In this document: one piece after another, positions 19,294 to 29,110 of the stretch
Numbering within the stretch: the first letter of the stretch is position 1
Layout of the letters: each line of letters begins with the position of its first letter
Virus record (IMG/VR): IMGVR_UViG_3300041964_000014
Coordinates: 32,001 to 96,000 of that record
Source: a virus
Strand: one strand, 5' to 3'
Length of the DNA stretch: 64,000 nt
Notes under the pieces: model-generated
Seen by the model: the letters and a program-made list of their open reading frames with translations, nothing else
Databases searched by the model: none
What the model was told of the DNA's origin: nothing
Made by a program: the position numbers and the translations under genes

Positions 19294-21789
19294 ATGACTA
19301 ACTACGACGCTTTAAACAAATCTGAACTTTGGGCACTAATCAAGACTCGTCAGAACACTGCGGGTGTACATAGCAGTATCAACGATATCGTGTGGCAAAC
19401 ATCTAAGCGCGATATGGTGTATGCGCTTATCTGGGATGATAACCAACATATACACTTACCTGTGCCAGAGGTAGTTAGTGCTGAAGCTGTTAGTGATGAC
19501 TTCTCGCTATGGGATGAGATAGTTAGTGAAGCGTTAGGGGAAGAAATAGTCGATAGTACCCCCCCTACCCTTAGCGGAACTGTAGTACACGAACCAACCA
19601 ACCAAATAATTCCTAAAGCTGATGTGATAACAGAATCACATACATCAACCGAAGTATCTCCCCCAAAACTTGATGTGATAACAAGTACCACAAGTACGGT
19701 GGATACTACAGAGGTAGCTAACGTAATTACCTCCACAAAAAAATCAACCACTACAAAAGCAAGTGTTAGTTCTGCGAAAGCACTCACAAATACACCGGAT
19801 ACTGTAATAACCCGTACCACTGTTTACACATGGCAATATTTAGACCATGAGATGAGCGGACGCTGGAAACAGATCACTGAGCAAGAAAGCATTGAGCAAT
19901 ATATAGAGTTTTTGGAAGCGGTTAACGCTCATTTGCAAGCTAACAATGCTAAGACGTTCTTAGTCAGGAATTGTACTCTATCCGTAAAAATGAAACCTCG
20001 GATAGTAAAAGAGCAAGATGTAAATGGACGTACCTTAAACCGTATAGACCGTTCGGCTCAAAAGAACAATATGTACGATAACCGCAATCGTACATCTATG
20101 GCTACCACTGAAACAGCTGGTAGAAATATTGGTGAAGCTGCTGTTAAAGCGTCGGTACTGTTTCAAGCTAGTCGCTACATACCTCAAGCTATTCGGGTAA
20201 ACAATGCTTGGAATATCGACGGGATTGACACAATAAGTGTTAACGGTAAGCAAGTTTATCCGGTATCGCTTACAGCAGCTATTGACGAGAGTGAGCCTGT
20301 AAATCAAGACTTACCCACTAAGGTGTTGAAACGTCGTGAAATATCGGCAGAGAAAAAGGTTGAAGGTCGTTCTTTCTCTCATATCCGGGGAAAAATCAAC
20401 AACGGTTTATCACCATCGTTTAAGGACGGTGATAAGTTCTTCTGCTTTCAAGTAGACAGCAATAACCGAGTGTCGTTGTGGCTACTCTCTAATGATGTAA
20501 ACCATACTGTGTCAGCCAGTGATTTAGTTAAGGGTAGGAAGCTAGCCGATATCGGTTACGTAGAGGCACAACCGTATCAAGAGACTGAATTTGTCAATGT
20601 CACAATGGACATGATTAAAGGAGGGCAAGAAGCACGGGTTGAACGCTTTGACTGGATACGTAAGCAACTAAATAAACAGTGGCTTGATTCCGATGAAGCT
20701 ATTTATCAATTCCTATCCAACCTAAAAAAAGTAAATGGCGAGGCGCTTGTTATCACAAACCTACAAGTTATCGATGGTGTTGTAACTGGTAACCTGTATG
20801 GCAGCAAGCTAATTATCCGTAAGAGAAATGTTACAAAGCATCGTGTAGTATTTCACCCTGTAATCCGTTCGAGCTTTGGAATGGGGGAGCGCAACAAAAA
20901 AACTGGTAGCAAAATCATTAGAGATACTGCTGTAAGTCGTAGCGATGCTTATGACCGCATAATCGCAGCAGCTAATACTTGGCTGTTTGGGATTGGTGGC
21001 AGTGTGCTAAGTGACCTTAACGTGAGGACAGACGGGTTAACACATCGTAACCAGGTAATAGGGTTGCATAACGCTCAACGTAACGCCCGTACACGGGAAA
21101 GGTTTGATGGAACTAAGAAATCGCTTCGCAATCCGAAAGATAGAAAGTACATTGCAAAGCTGCTAACCCGGTTCACTACTAACGGGATATTCACCCGTAC
21201 AGACGGAGATTACATCGGTAAGCTAACCAAAACAGATGGCTCTCAATTAACCGAGAGCGAGATTACACGCATTACTGAAGTAGTAATGAACAACTACCCC
21301 GTAAATAAACCATTAGCCACTTTATTCACTCCCTCTCACTTTGACTCTCCTGAAGAATGGCAGAGTACATTCCTGAACTTGTTAAAAGCTTATGGGGATA
21401 TCGAGGTGGCTATCCTAGAAGATGGCAAACTACTAACATACAACACAGGTAATCAGGTTCTTGAAGGATACGCACGAGAGCTGTACTCATATCTGCAAAG
21501 TATGGGTAAGGAAGTAGACACACTCACAATGAACGGTGCTATAGAGCTATTACAGATGTCTCCCTCATCACCGTATAAGGAAATTCTGTTAAGGGTGCCT
21601 AACGTAGCACAGCTTAATGGTAGTCAATCCTTGAGATTGTTAGCAGGGCATGACAGAGCTGAGGCAATCGCTCAACGTCGCAAGGAAAGTATCTACAATC
21701 TGACGGTAGGTTTAGAGGTAGCAAAGCTAGACAAAGTAGCTGCTGATAAAGCAGCTAAACTAGCCAAGCTAACGCAACATCTCAAATAA
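19294..21789 (+). CDS. large hypothetical protein with N-terminal HeH/Rho-N-like motif and Thr/Ser-rich linker
   Basis: 831 aa ORF; LNKSELWALIK...KRDMVYAL; remainder unrecognised. Confidence 0.7.
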   Translation: MTNYDALNKSELWALIKTRQNTAGVHSSINDIVWQTSKRDMVYALIWDDNQHIHLPVPEVVSAEAVSDDFSLWDEIVSEALGEEIVDSTPPTLSGTVVHEPTNQIIPKADVITESHTSTEVSPPKLDVITSTTSTVDTTEVANVITSTKKSTTTKASVSSAKALTNTPDTVITRTTVYTWQYLDHEMSGRWKQITEQESIEQYIEFLEAVNAHLQANNAKTFLVRNCTLSVKMKPRIVKEQDVNGRTLNRIDRSAQKNNMYDNRNRTSMATTETAGRNIGEAAVKASVLFQASRYIPQAIRVNNAWNIDGIDTISVNGKQVYPVSLTAAIDESEPVNQDLPTKVLKRREISAEKKVEGRSFSHIRGKINNGLSPSFKDGDKFFCFQVDSNNRVSLWLLSNDVNHTVSASDLVKGRKLADIGYVEAQPYQETEFVNVTMDMIKGGQEARVERFDWIRKQLNKQWLDSDEAIYQFLSNLKKVNGEALVITNLQVIDGVVTGNLYGSKLIIRKRNVTKHRVVFHPVIRSSFGMGERNKKTGSKIIRDTAVSRSDAYDRIIAAANTWLFGIGGSVLSDLNVRTDGLTHRNQVIGLHNAQRNARTRERFDGTKKSLRNPKDRKYIAKLLTRFTTNGIFTRTDGDYIGKLTKTDGSQLTESEITRITEVVMNNYPVNKPLATLFTPSHFDSPEEWQSTFLNLLKAYGDIEVAILEDGKLLTYNTGNQVLEGYARELYSYLQSMGKEVDTLTMNGAIELLQMSPSSPYKEILLRVPNVAQLNGSQSLRLLAGHDRAEAIAQRRKESIYNLTVGLEVAKLDKVAADKAAKLAKLTQHLK

Positions 21790-21831
21790 ACCGCTTAGTT
21801 ATCTACTCTAAAACTGAATACCACTAATTAG

Positions 21832-21880
21832 CTTACCAGGTTAACTCTCTAACGAGGGTTAATTTGGTAGGCTTTTTTGT
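21832..21880 (+). terminator. intrinsic terminator
   Basis: cttaccaggttaactctc-taac-gagggttaatttggtagg followed by T run. Confidence 0.7.
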
Positions 21881-21929
21881 TGTGTGAGTATGTGCAACTT
21901 TTTTCTTTGTTGTTAAAGGTATTAATCGT

Positions 21930-22151
21930 ATGCAAGAACAACCACTAAATCCCGGTCATTATGTTGAGGCTTGCGAAAGAGCTTTTCTAGCATCTAAATT
22001 TCTAGAAACAATAGCAGACCATCCTGTGTTTTTATCTAACACAGAGCTAAAGAAACAATGGGATACTGTGCAAGAACTGGTAGCAGATATCTACCAGCTT
22101 GCTGGGACTCTAATGTATTACTCGGAGAATGCAGAGAATAGTCCGAAATAA
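21930..22151 (+). CDS. hypothetical protein
   Basis: ORF with RBS; stop codon lies inside a motif copy. Confidence 0.6.
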   Translation: MQEQPLNPGHYVEACERAFLASKFLETIADHPVFLSNTELKKQWDTVQELVADIYQLAGTLMYYSENAENSPK

Positions 22152-22264
22152 TGGGGTGGAGTTTTTTTTGTTGTTGTGGGGAATTGTATTATGGTTACAA
22201 TGAGAGCCGTTGTTGAAACTTTAAATGCAGTTAATTTTATAGGTACTAACTGTAGTTTTTTTTC

Positions 22265-22582
22265 ATGCTTAATCCCCCAAACAGTTTAGATCAAATCAGA
22301 CAAGCAGTAACGGGAGTATCGTTAGTAGCTGGTCGTAGTACTAATTTAGATACCCTAAAAGCGAATACCAGTATCTGTAGTTACAGTAGCTACTGCGACA
22401 ATCTTGTAGTAGGTATAAAGTTTACTTGTTTTAACCTATCTAATTTAAACCAAGTTAAACAAGTAGCTACTACTGTTATTAAGAATGTGCATCCTAACCC
22501 ACTACAAATAAAGCCTGTAGTGCTGTTAGAAACAGGGGTTAGTTTTGTTATTGGAGTAACACTAGTAAAGTTGCAGCGATAA
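22265..22582 (+). CDS. hypothetical protein
   Basis: ORF in co-oriented array. Confidence 0.5.
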   Translation: MLNPPNSLDQIRQAVTGVSLVAGRSTNLDTLKANTSICSYSSYCDNLVVGIKFTCFNLSNLNQVKQVATTVIKNVHPNPLQIKPVVLLETGVSFVIGVTLVKLQR

Positions 22583-22584
22583 GT

Positions 22585-23007
22585 ATGCCTAAACAACCAT
22601 CTCGTTTATGGGCTATTGCTGAAGGTACTTACCAACAGCATCAGATCAATGAAGCGCTACTGAAAAATAAATCCCGCCGTGAAGAACAGAAAAGGTTCGC
22701 TGAAAATACACGACGATTTTCTTTGGCACTTACGAAAGTGTTAGGTACACAGCTATATAAGGAGCTTATTTGTTTCGGACTCCGGTATGAGTTGCACGAC
22801 TACAACAACGGATTGCATGGTGCTGAACTACATTTCTGTGAAACATTAGTAGTAATTCTGTTCAACCATAGTTCGCTTAGTTTTGGCTTAGACGTAGGAG
22901 GTAAACGGATATTTAGTATGGAACGGGAGGAGGAATTCAAGACTAAGTTTCTAACTGAACTCGGAAGATTGATTGTGGAGTGTAAGGAGAAGTATCGGAT
23001 TAGTTAG
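22585..23007 (+). CDS. hypothetical protein
   Basis: ORF in co-oriented array. Confidence 0.6.
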   Translation: MPKQPSRLWAIAEGTYQQHQINEALLKNKSRREEQKRFAENTRRFSLALTKVLGTQLYKELICFGLRYELHDYNNGLHGAELHFCETLVVILFNHSSLSFGLDVGGKRIFSMEREEEFKTKFLTELGRLIVECKEKYRIS

Positions 23008-23061
23008 GTAATAGTCCGAAACAAATAAGAGAATTTTTTTAGTTAGTAATGGAGTAATCTC

Positions 23062-23271
23062 ATGCGCGTTAAAGTACTCAACAATCGAACGATAGTTGGA
23101 GATAATCTCCACGATCTTTTAGTCCAAGCTTATGGAGGTACTATCGAGGACTATCAATACGGAGACACTATCGATTCTAAGGAGGAGCCGTATCGCCACT
23201 GTGTACTTTTCAGAAATGGAAAGCAAGAGATGATTCAAAAAGTGAATTTAGTCAATGTAAGAGCTTTGTAG
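23062..23271 (+). CDS. hypothetical protein
   Basis: GGAG RBS, ORF. Confidence 0.6.
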   Translation: MRVKVLNNRTIVGDNLHDLLVQAYGGTIEDYQYGDTIDSKEEPYRHCVLFRNGKQEMIQKVNLVNVRAL

Positions 23272-23280
23272 GTAAATCAC

Positions 23281-23652
23281 ATGAGTAAACTCAAAGTGCT
23301 AGGAGTTGCAGTTTTAGTTGTTGGCAGTATTGTTCTGTCAGCAGCAAGTGGGATGTTTTACTACTCGAAGCGAGAGATAGTAGAAGTCAAGATCTTTGAT
23401 ACTGCTATTAAGCGTAGCGAAGAAGATGGTATAGATAAATACCTGGTATACACTAACAGCGAGGTATTTGAGAATGTTGGTGATGTGTGGATAGGGAAGT
23501 TGGATAGTTCTGATGTGCAAAATCAGCTTATCCAAGCCAAGCAAAAGATCTGCACTATCGATGTGGTAGGTTACAGGCTACATTCTCGATCTGTGTATCG
23601 CAACGTACTTAGAATTGAAGAGTGTCGAGATGTTCCAGCAATATCGGAGTAA
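23281..23652 (+). CDS. membrane-anchored/secreted phage protein (DUF1523-like)
   Basis: N-terminal hydrophobic helix; KYLVYT..EVFEN..D...GK.DSSD...VVGYR...YRNV. Confidence 0.6.
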   Translation: MSKLKVLGVAVLVVGSIVLSAASGMFYYSKREIVEVKIFDTAIKRSEEDGIDKYLVYTNSEVFENVGDVWIGKLDSSDVQNQLIQAKQKICTIDVVGYRLHSRSVYRNVLRIEECRDVPAISE

Positions 23653-23658
23653 TTAACT

Positions 23659-24108
23659 ATGTGCGATTTAGATAGAGTTTGGATAGTGTATCATTCCGAT
23701 TGCTACAGTATCTGTCCGGATACAAATACAGGAGGGGTTAGCATCTTGGGTACGTTTGCTGATGAAACAGATGCAACGGATTTCCGAAACCAGCAAGATG
23801 CTGATAACCTAGATTGTATCTTCATTCAGAGTAGTACTTGGCAGGCGAGAAAGTTGGCACAAGACAATCCGCCGGGTATTCGTAATGACCTGTACTTTGC
23901 AGTGGAAATACTCGACAGTTGTTATAAGTCCGTTGGATTCATGGATAACGATGGTAAGGTTTCTCCTATCGTTTTTTGGATACATGAAAATCAAGTGGCT
24001 CGTTTGGGCAACATAGTAATTTCGCAGAAAATGTATCCTACTTTCGTAGCTACTAAAACTTTTCGAGAATTAACTCCCGAAGAATACCAACAAACTATCT
24101 TGGAGTAA
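23659..24108 (+). CDS. hypothetical protein
   Basis: ORF with GGAG RBS. Confidence 0.6.
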   Translation: MCDLDRVWIVYHSDCYSICPDTNTGGVSILGTFADETDATDFRNQQDADNLDCIFIQSSTWQARKLAQDNPPGIRNDLYFAVEILDSCYKSVGFMDNDGKVSPIVFWIHENQVARLGNIVISQKMYPTFVATKTFRELTPEEYQQTILE

Positions 24109-24113
24109 CTATT

Positions 24114-24335
24114 ATGTCTGATTGCGACGAGATTTCTGATAAAACAAGTGCAGAGCTAGATGCGATTAGCAAAAAGCTGTTCGATGGAGACGCATCTTAT
24201 GTTACGCAAGGAGACAAGACATACAAACTGCGGCACTTTCCAGCTATCTATCCTGGCTATTCTGTATATAGCCAGGATAGTAAGGGATACCGGATAGTTT
24301 ACAAAAAGTACGGTTGTCTCACTCGCCCTTATTAG
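24114..24335 (+). CDS. hypothetical protein
   Basis: ORF with GGAG RBS. Confidence 0.55.
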   Translation: MSDCDEISDKTSAELDAISKKLFDGDASYVTQGDKTYKLRHFPAIYPGYSVYSQDSKGYRIVYKKYGCLTRPY

Positions 24336-24351
24336 TTTTAGGAGTCACACA

Positions 24352-24537
24352 ATGGATTGCCATCACATTTTTCTTGACCAAAGCGAAATGAATGTATACT
24401 ACTGGCTATTTATGATACCTGTAGTGTGTTTTATTATCTACACCTATTGCAAGTATCCTAGCAAGCAAACAGCATACCGCATGGTGCTTATGGGGTATTT
24501 ACTCGGTTGTATCGAAAGGGCGTTTCAAATCTGGTAA
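24352..24537 (+). CDS. small membrane protein, tandem paralog 1
   Basis: HIFL...MIPVV...YLLGCI.RAF..W. Confidence 0.65.
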   Translation: MDCHHIFLDQSEMNVYYWLFMIPVVCFIIYTYCKYPSKQTAYRMVLMGYLLGCIERAFQIW

Positions 24538-24592
24538 GTAGGAAATAGTTATCTCTGCCTCACTCGTCCACATTAGTTTTGGGAAATAACCA

Positions 24593-24778
24593 ATGAACTT
24601 GTACCACATATTCCTCGAATCTAATCAATTCAACTGGAATTTCGCGATTGTAATGATCCCAGTTGTCACTGCTGTATTCATAACTTACAGGGTACATCCG
24701 GGCATGAAAACTGCACTTACAACTAGCTTCTTGGCTTATCTTCTTGGGTGTATTGGACGAGCTTTTTATCTTTGGTAA
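24593..24778 (+). CDS. small membrane protein, tandem paralog 2
   Basis: same 61-aa pattern as 24352..24537. Confidence 0.65.
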   Translation: MNLYHIFLESNQFNWNFAIVMIPVVTAVFITYRVHPGMKTALTTSFLAYLLGCIGRAFYLW

Positions 24779-24989
24779 ACGTATGAAACTAAGTGAGTTT
24801 TTGACAGAAGGAAATAAGTTACTTAGAGAATTGGGGGACAGAGAAATCGCAATAGAAGTTTGCGATGGTGCAAATACGGGATACTACACAGTACCCGATT
24901 TACAACTAAGTCATGGTGTAGTTATCATCCAAGAAAACTTACGTGTATCCGAGGAAGAACTCGAAGCGCTAAGGAAGCACTTTGTCTAG
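24744..24989 (+). CDS. hypothetical protein (likely starts at MKLSEFL)
   Basis: ORF in array. Confidence 0.55.
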   Translation: MGVLDELFIFGKRMKLSEFLTEGNKLLRELGDREIAIEVCDGANTGYYTVPDLQLSHGVVIIQENLRVSEEELEALRKHFV

Positions 24990-25014
24990 TCAATTGATTT
25001 GTTAGTAGATATGT

Positions 25015-25051
25015 GTCCGAAATAATAAGTGCCCCGCTATTTATTTCGGAC
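25015..25051. repeat. inverted pair of the GTCCGAAA motif
   Basis: gtccgaaataataag-tgccccg-ctatttatttcggac. Confidence 0.9.
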
Positions 25052-25082
25052 TGCCTTTGTGATCTTTCTAGGGAGAAATTAA

Positions 25083-25352
25083 ATGGCTAATTGGACAGAT
25101 GAACTGAGCCATAACCCTGATGTAGTACTACGCATCAATACTCTTACACTGCTAATACATATTTCGGATAATGTGCCTGTAGCTGCAATAAATGAGCTAA
25201 CCGAAATTAATAAGAAAGCTGGGTTTCAATTAACATCAGAAAGACCGGGACTGTACGGGATTCATGTATCGTTTCCTTACAATATGTGTACACTTCAAGA
25301 TGCGGTAGCCAAAATGTTTGCTGGTCATGGGTGCGTAGTTACAAAGCACTAG
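25083..25352 (+). CDS. hypothetical protein
   Basis: GGGAG RBS, ORF. Confidence 0.6.
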   Translation: MANWTDELSHNPDVVLRINTLTLLIHISDNVPVAAINELTEINKKAGFQLTSERPGLYGIHVSFPYNMCTLQDAVAKMFAGHGCVVTKH

Positions 25353-25516
25353 TCCAAAATAAATAGGAGATGCCTATGGATATCTATCTCACGGAGTCTA
25401 AAGCCAAAGAGTTAAGTGCGGCATTAGATCCAAATTGTGCATTGAAGGTAGTCTAGCAAGTAAGTTACTTGCTAGTAGACACACGGGAGCGAGAATTAAC
25501 TAACTGTGAGTTAGTA

Positions 25517-25768
25517 ATGCAACCGCTGAAAAACACGCAATTAGTAGATACTAATCGTACCTACAGGGAGTTACTATTCATAGCATTGCCTCAAATAATT
25601 GATTGCGATCAAGAACACGAAAGGCAGCTTAAGTTAGTTGACCAACTCATGGAAATTGGGGAAGAAAATCTGTCGTCTGCCCAAAACGAATTACTAGGAT
25701 TGCTAGTCGGATTAATTGCTGACTACGAAGATCGCACAGTAGATTTTCCCCGCAGTAAGGAACAATAG
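25517..25768 (+). CDS. HigA-like antitoxin N-terminal domain without HTH
   Basis: YRELL...PQII..DQEHE..L..VDQLM...LS..Q.ELL.LL..LI.DYE..; ends where the HTH would begin. Confidence 0.65.
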   Translation: MQPLKNTQLVDTNRTYRELLFIALPQIIDCDQEHERQLKLVDQLMEIGEENLSSAQNELLGLLVGLIADYEDRTVDFPRSKEQ

Positions 25769-25902
25769 GCTAACTGTCTTAGCCCTTATTATTTCAGACG
25801 ACTTGCTACTGGAGTAAATGATTGTGAGGGGAGTACCTTGGGGTACTTCTCCCAGAGTTTATAACTCTACTGTTACTTGTCTTTTACTGTAAGTATTAAG
25901 CT

Positions 25903-26445
25903 ATGCAGACATACAACATCAACCCAGTCGTACAAATTATTGCTGATCAAGAAGTCTCAGTTATTTCCTTGGGAGAACAAGGAAGGGGACGTAAATATAA
26001 GCTGATTAAGTGTCCAAAGAATTTCACTAACCTAAGTGTGGTTGCACCTAAGCCGGGAATGCCAGGTAATGTGCGTTTAGTCGAAACCGAGGATAATAAG
26101 CCAGGTTTAATCATGAGAGTGTGTACACACTCCTCGTATGTTCGAGGTGCTAACGGTAATGTATCCGTACATCCCGACCACATTAAAAATGTAGAAGTGA
26201 TAACTGCTGGACAAGGCGCATTCGGTGCAGCTGGACGCACAGGTACATGGGATGACTTGCTGTTAGTGGTAACGGGGGAAACTGTCCTACGTGTGAAACC
26301 TTCTAGGGGAGATGCCTACATCTTGAGGGTTAATGAAGATTTCACGGTTCAGAGGCTAACATACGCTGAGGCGGAAGTCCTAGAGGTTGATACATTGAGT
26401 TCCAGTACAACTTCTCGTGGGGAGTTCATCCGATTGTCTGTTTAG
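25903..26445 (+). CDS. hypothetical protein
   Basis: 180 aa ORF followed by ggggct/agcccc hairpin. Confidence 0.7.
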   Translation: MQTYNINPVVQIIADQEVSVISLGEQGRGRKYKLIKCPKNFTNLSVVAPKPGMPGNVRLVETEDNKPGLIMRVCTHSSYVRGANGNVSVHPDHIKNVEVITAGQGAFGAAGRTGTWDDLLLVVTGETVLRVKPSRGDAYILRVNEDFTVQRLTYAEAEVLEVDTLSSSTTSRGEFIRLSV

Positions 26446-26492
26446 TAGTTTTAGGGGCTTGAAATACAGCCCCGATTTTCGTAACCTAACAG

Positions 26493-26855
26493 TTGGAGTA
26501 TACTATGTTTTCAGCAATCCGTAAATTGTTTGCCCCGAAGACTGTGAATAATACAGGCACGATTACTCTAAATGAGTATATCGCCAAGTTACAAAAGTTA
26601 GCAAAACAGTATGGAGATAACCCAATAACTGTTCAGCTAACGGTAAAAGAAGATGAGGATTATTCAGATACCTGGATAGTATATGGTGTACCGGATATTT
26701 GGTTGCGACATAAAACTCAGCAATTAATTATTCGACCAGGCGATGCAAGTAAATTGTCGTCTGAGCTAATGGAACCTTTATTGGAAGAGGGATTTGGTGA
26801 AGAAGATGATGATTACTACAAAGAACGATTTTACTCAGCTTACAAGAAACTGTAA
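26493..26855 (+). CDS. hypothetical protein
   Basis: ORF; likely start MFSAIRK. Confidence 0.6.
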   Translation: MEYTMFSAIRKLFAPKTVNNTGTITLNEYIAKLQKLAKQYGDNPITVQLTVKEDEDYSDTWIVYGVPDIWLRHKTQQLIIRPGDASKLSSELMEPLLEEGFGEEDDDYYKERFYSAYKKL

Positions 26856-26863
26856 GTAACACA

Positions 26864-27065
26864 ACGATAACTTGTAATTACTGCGTAGTAGTTGTGCCCC
26901 TTAGTGGTTAAGGGGCTTAGTTGTTTAGGAAAAACAGGGAGTACACTAGACTACTTAATCTTAATACCATTAAGTAGTCTAATTTTCTTATACTCTTAAC
27001 AGCATTAAATTTCACAGGGTGTCTTTGCTCTTTTAGGTGTACAACTACTTACGGTTATTTATCGT
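26864..27065. ncRNA. candidate structured RNA or nested inverted-repeat element
   Basis: outer arms 26864-26902 / 27034-27065 imperfectly complementary; inner hairpins 26896-26916 and perfect 13-bp stem 26947-26959/26969-26981. Confidence 0.4.
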
Positions 27066-27097
27066 AGGTAGTTTTCTTAGTAATTTAGTGTACTTAA

Positions 27098-27343
27098 ATG
27101 ACAAAGTTTGATCTTAGTAATAATAGTCCTAATAAAGACCCTTATATACTATGGCGAGAACTAGCTACAAGAGTCCGAAATAATAAGGACTACAACCAAG
27201 TAGTATCTGTCACGGTTATGGAAGGTTACCTTCAAATACAGTTTGAAGGGCATACCAAGCTGTATTTCTATAGAGACAAGCACAAAATTGCTTCACTATT
27301 AAGCCGCCAAGATGCCGAGTGGTGGTTAAGTCAACCGTTTTAG
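27098..27343 (+). CDS. hypothetical protein
   Basis: ORF directly upstream of the HicB-like gene. Confidence 0.55.
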   Translation: MTKFDLSNNSPNKDPYILWRELATRVRNNKDYNQVVSVTVMEGYLQIQFEGHTKLYFYRDKHKIASLLSRQDAEWWLSQPF

Positions 27344-27358
27344 ATAGTAGGAGGTTCG

Positions 27359-27550
27359 ATGTTACTTAGGTATGGGATTTACGAGGCATTAGTTATGTAT
27401 GACAAAGAATCCCACAAACTATGTGGGAGGATTACAAATATTGGGAATGATGTGGTAACTTTCCAAAGTACTACGTGGAAAGGAATACAAGAGGAATTTA
27501 AAACCTCGGTTGACGATTACGTAGAATGGTGTGTTGAATTAGCGGCTTAA
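27359..27550 (+). CDS. HicB-like antitoxin N-terminal domain without DNA-binding domain
   Basis: Y..Y...V.YD.E...LCGRI.NI..DVVTFQ..T..GI..EFK.SVDDYVEWC; AGGAGG RBS. Confidence 0.8.
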   Translation: MLLRYGIYEALVMYDKESHKLCGRITNIGNDVVTFQSTTWKGIQEEFKTSVDDYVEWCVELAA

Positions 27551-27629
27551 TACGTACCCCGATTTGAGATCGGGAAGGGTAAATTAGTGGAATCTATTTT
27601 GTTTACTTGTATATTCAGAGGAAAAACAA

Positions 27630-28376
27630 ATGACTGAGTTTAGTTTGGATTTGGCTAAAGAATTAGTAGCATCTAACGATGAGTTTCCTGTTGATTTTGA
27701 GCAAGCATATGTTTGGTTAGAGTACTCTCGTAAGGATGTTGCAAAACGAGCGTTTTTAAATGTAGGCTTTATTGAGAATGTCGATTTCAAGGTTTTCCAC
27801 ACTTCTGCGGAAAACTCCCAAGGTGGTCGTCCCACTGAGATTATTAAGTTGACAGTAGATTGTTTCAAGCAATGGGGAATGGTATGTGGCAACGATAAAG
27901 GAAAACAGATTCGTTTGTATTTCCTTGAATGCGAAAAGGTAGCCAAACAAGTAACTAATATCCCTGCCGAAATGTTGCAGTTTATGCAGACTATGCAATC
28001 AGAAATGCGATTATTAAGGGAGCGTACTGAGAAACTAGATATTGTACAAGAAGAAAAGCAGCAACTAGCGTCAGAACTCCAAGACCGTAACACACTACTC
28101 AAACTGCTGGATGAAGCGGGCTACGAACACCAGGGTTGTTACAACATTGTCAATCAAGCCGTAGTTTCCCCAAAACAACGACTATTCACAGCTTTTAAGT
28201 ACCTTGATCATATGGGATACGATACTGGGTTTGCCAATATACTTGCACGTCGAGCAGCTGCTTTCTACCGTACTAGTAAGAAAATCGAGCCGCACCGTGA
28301 TGCAGATAATAATCTGCTGTTTGAGGAAAGCTATTTAGCAGAAGTATATGAAGCACTCAAGCAAGTAGACGAATAG
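27630..28376 (+). CDS. antirepressor-type protein (AntA-like N-terminus)
   Basis: FPVDFEQAYVWLEYSRKD...ENVDF...GGRP...LTVDCFK...GKQIRLYFLECEK. Confidence 0.75.
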   Translation: MTEFSLDLAKELVASNDEFPVDFEQAYVWLEYSRKDVAKRAFLNVGFIENVDFKVFHTSAENSQGGRPTEIIKLTVDCFKQWGMVCGNDKGKQIRLYFLECEKVAKQVTNIPAEMLQFMQTMQSEMRLLRERTEKLDIVQEEKQQLASELQDRNTLLKLLDEAGYEHQGCYNIVNQAVVSPKQRLFTAFKYLDHMGYDTGFANILARRAAAFYRTSKKIEPHRDADNNLLFEESYLAEVYEALKQVDE

Positions 28377-28412
28377 TTCTCTTATTGTTTCGGACATCTT
28401 AAAGGAGTTATC

Positions 28413-28661
28413 ATGTCTCAACTAAAAAGAACCTTAGTAGTTACTAGTACTACTATCAATCTTGTGGGGACTAATGAATCTGGCGCAGTAGAAGAACTAA
28501 TTGTATTTCGAGGCAAGGATATACGCGGAGCAGCTATTAAGGGAGATAAAGCTGAGTTGTTTGTAAATCAAGAGTCGGGAAACACTTGGATAAATGTTTC
28601 TCCTTGGAAAGAGCCACTAACCAAATGGCTCTTAGACGTAGATGGTACAACTTACGAGTAA
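28413..28661 (+). CDS. hypothetical protein
   Basis: AGGAG RBS, ORF. Confidence 0.6.
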   Translation: MSQLKRTLVVTSTTINLVGTNESGAVEELIVFRGKDIRGAAIKGDKAELFVNQESGNTWINVSPWKEPLTKWLLDVDGTTYE

Positions 28662-28694
28662 TCCGCTTTTGTAATTAGTAACTAGGAGAGTATC

Positions 28695-29072
28695 ATGTTT
28701 GACGTATCGCACTTACCGTTTTTTACTCGTATGTATTGGGAAGCAGAATTCCAGTGGATAGCCGAATTTGAAGCCAAAATTATGGCAGTGAGAAAGTTAC
28801 AGGAGCGGCAACAGTTCTTTCATTACCTAGGGAAGTTGAAGTGCTTTCCCCGCAAAGTGCATGATGCTAAGTCTCGGCGACACACACTAGCGATTCCTAT
28901 TGCTAGTTTGGTACAAGCAGGTTTACTTAAACCCACTGGAAAATTACCCACGGAACATATTGTTAAAAAGCGGTACTTGACGAAAGATGGGGGCGAGAAA
29001 GTAGTCCCAATGCTCAAGGTTTCTTACGTGAAGAAACTAGTCAATAAGCAGAAGAAATCATTAGCAGCATAA
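28695..29072 (+). CDS. hypothetical basic protein
   Basis: AGGAG RBS, ORF. Confidence 0.6.
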   Translation: MFDVSHLPFFTRMYWEAEFQWIAEFEAKIMAVRKLQERQQFFHYLGKLKCFPRKVHDAKSRRHTLAIPIASLVQAGLLKPTGKLPTEHIVKKRYLTKDGGEKVVPMLKVSYVKKLVNKQKKSLAA

Positions 29073-29110
29073 TCCCTCACACACTTAGTAATTTACAAGG
29101 TCAATTAACT

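Noticed and set aside
27098-27550. Complete hicAB toxin-antitoxin operon
   Set aside because: The upstream ORF has only a faint HicA-like look and no clear catalytic His motif, so it is not supportable without a profile search.
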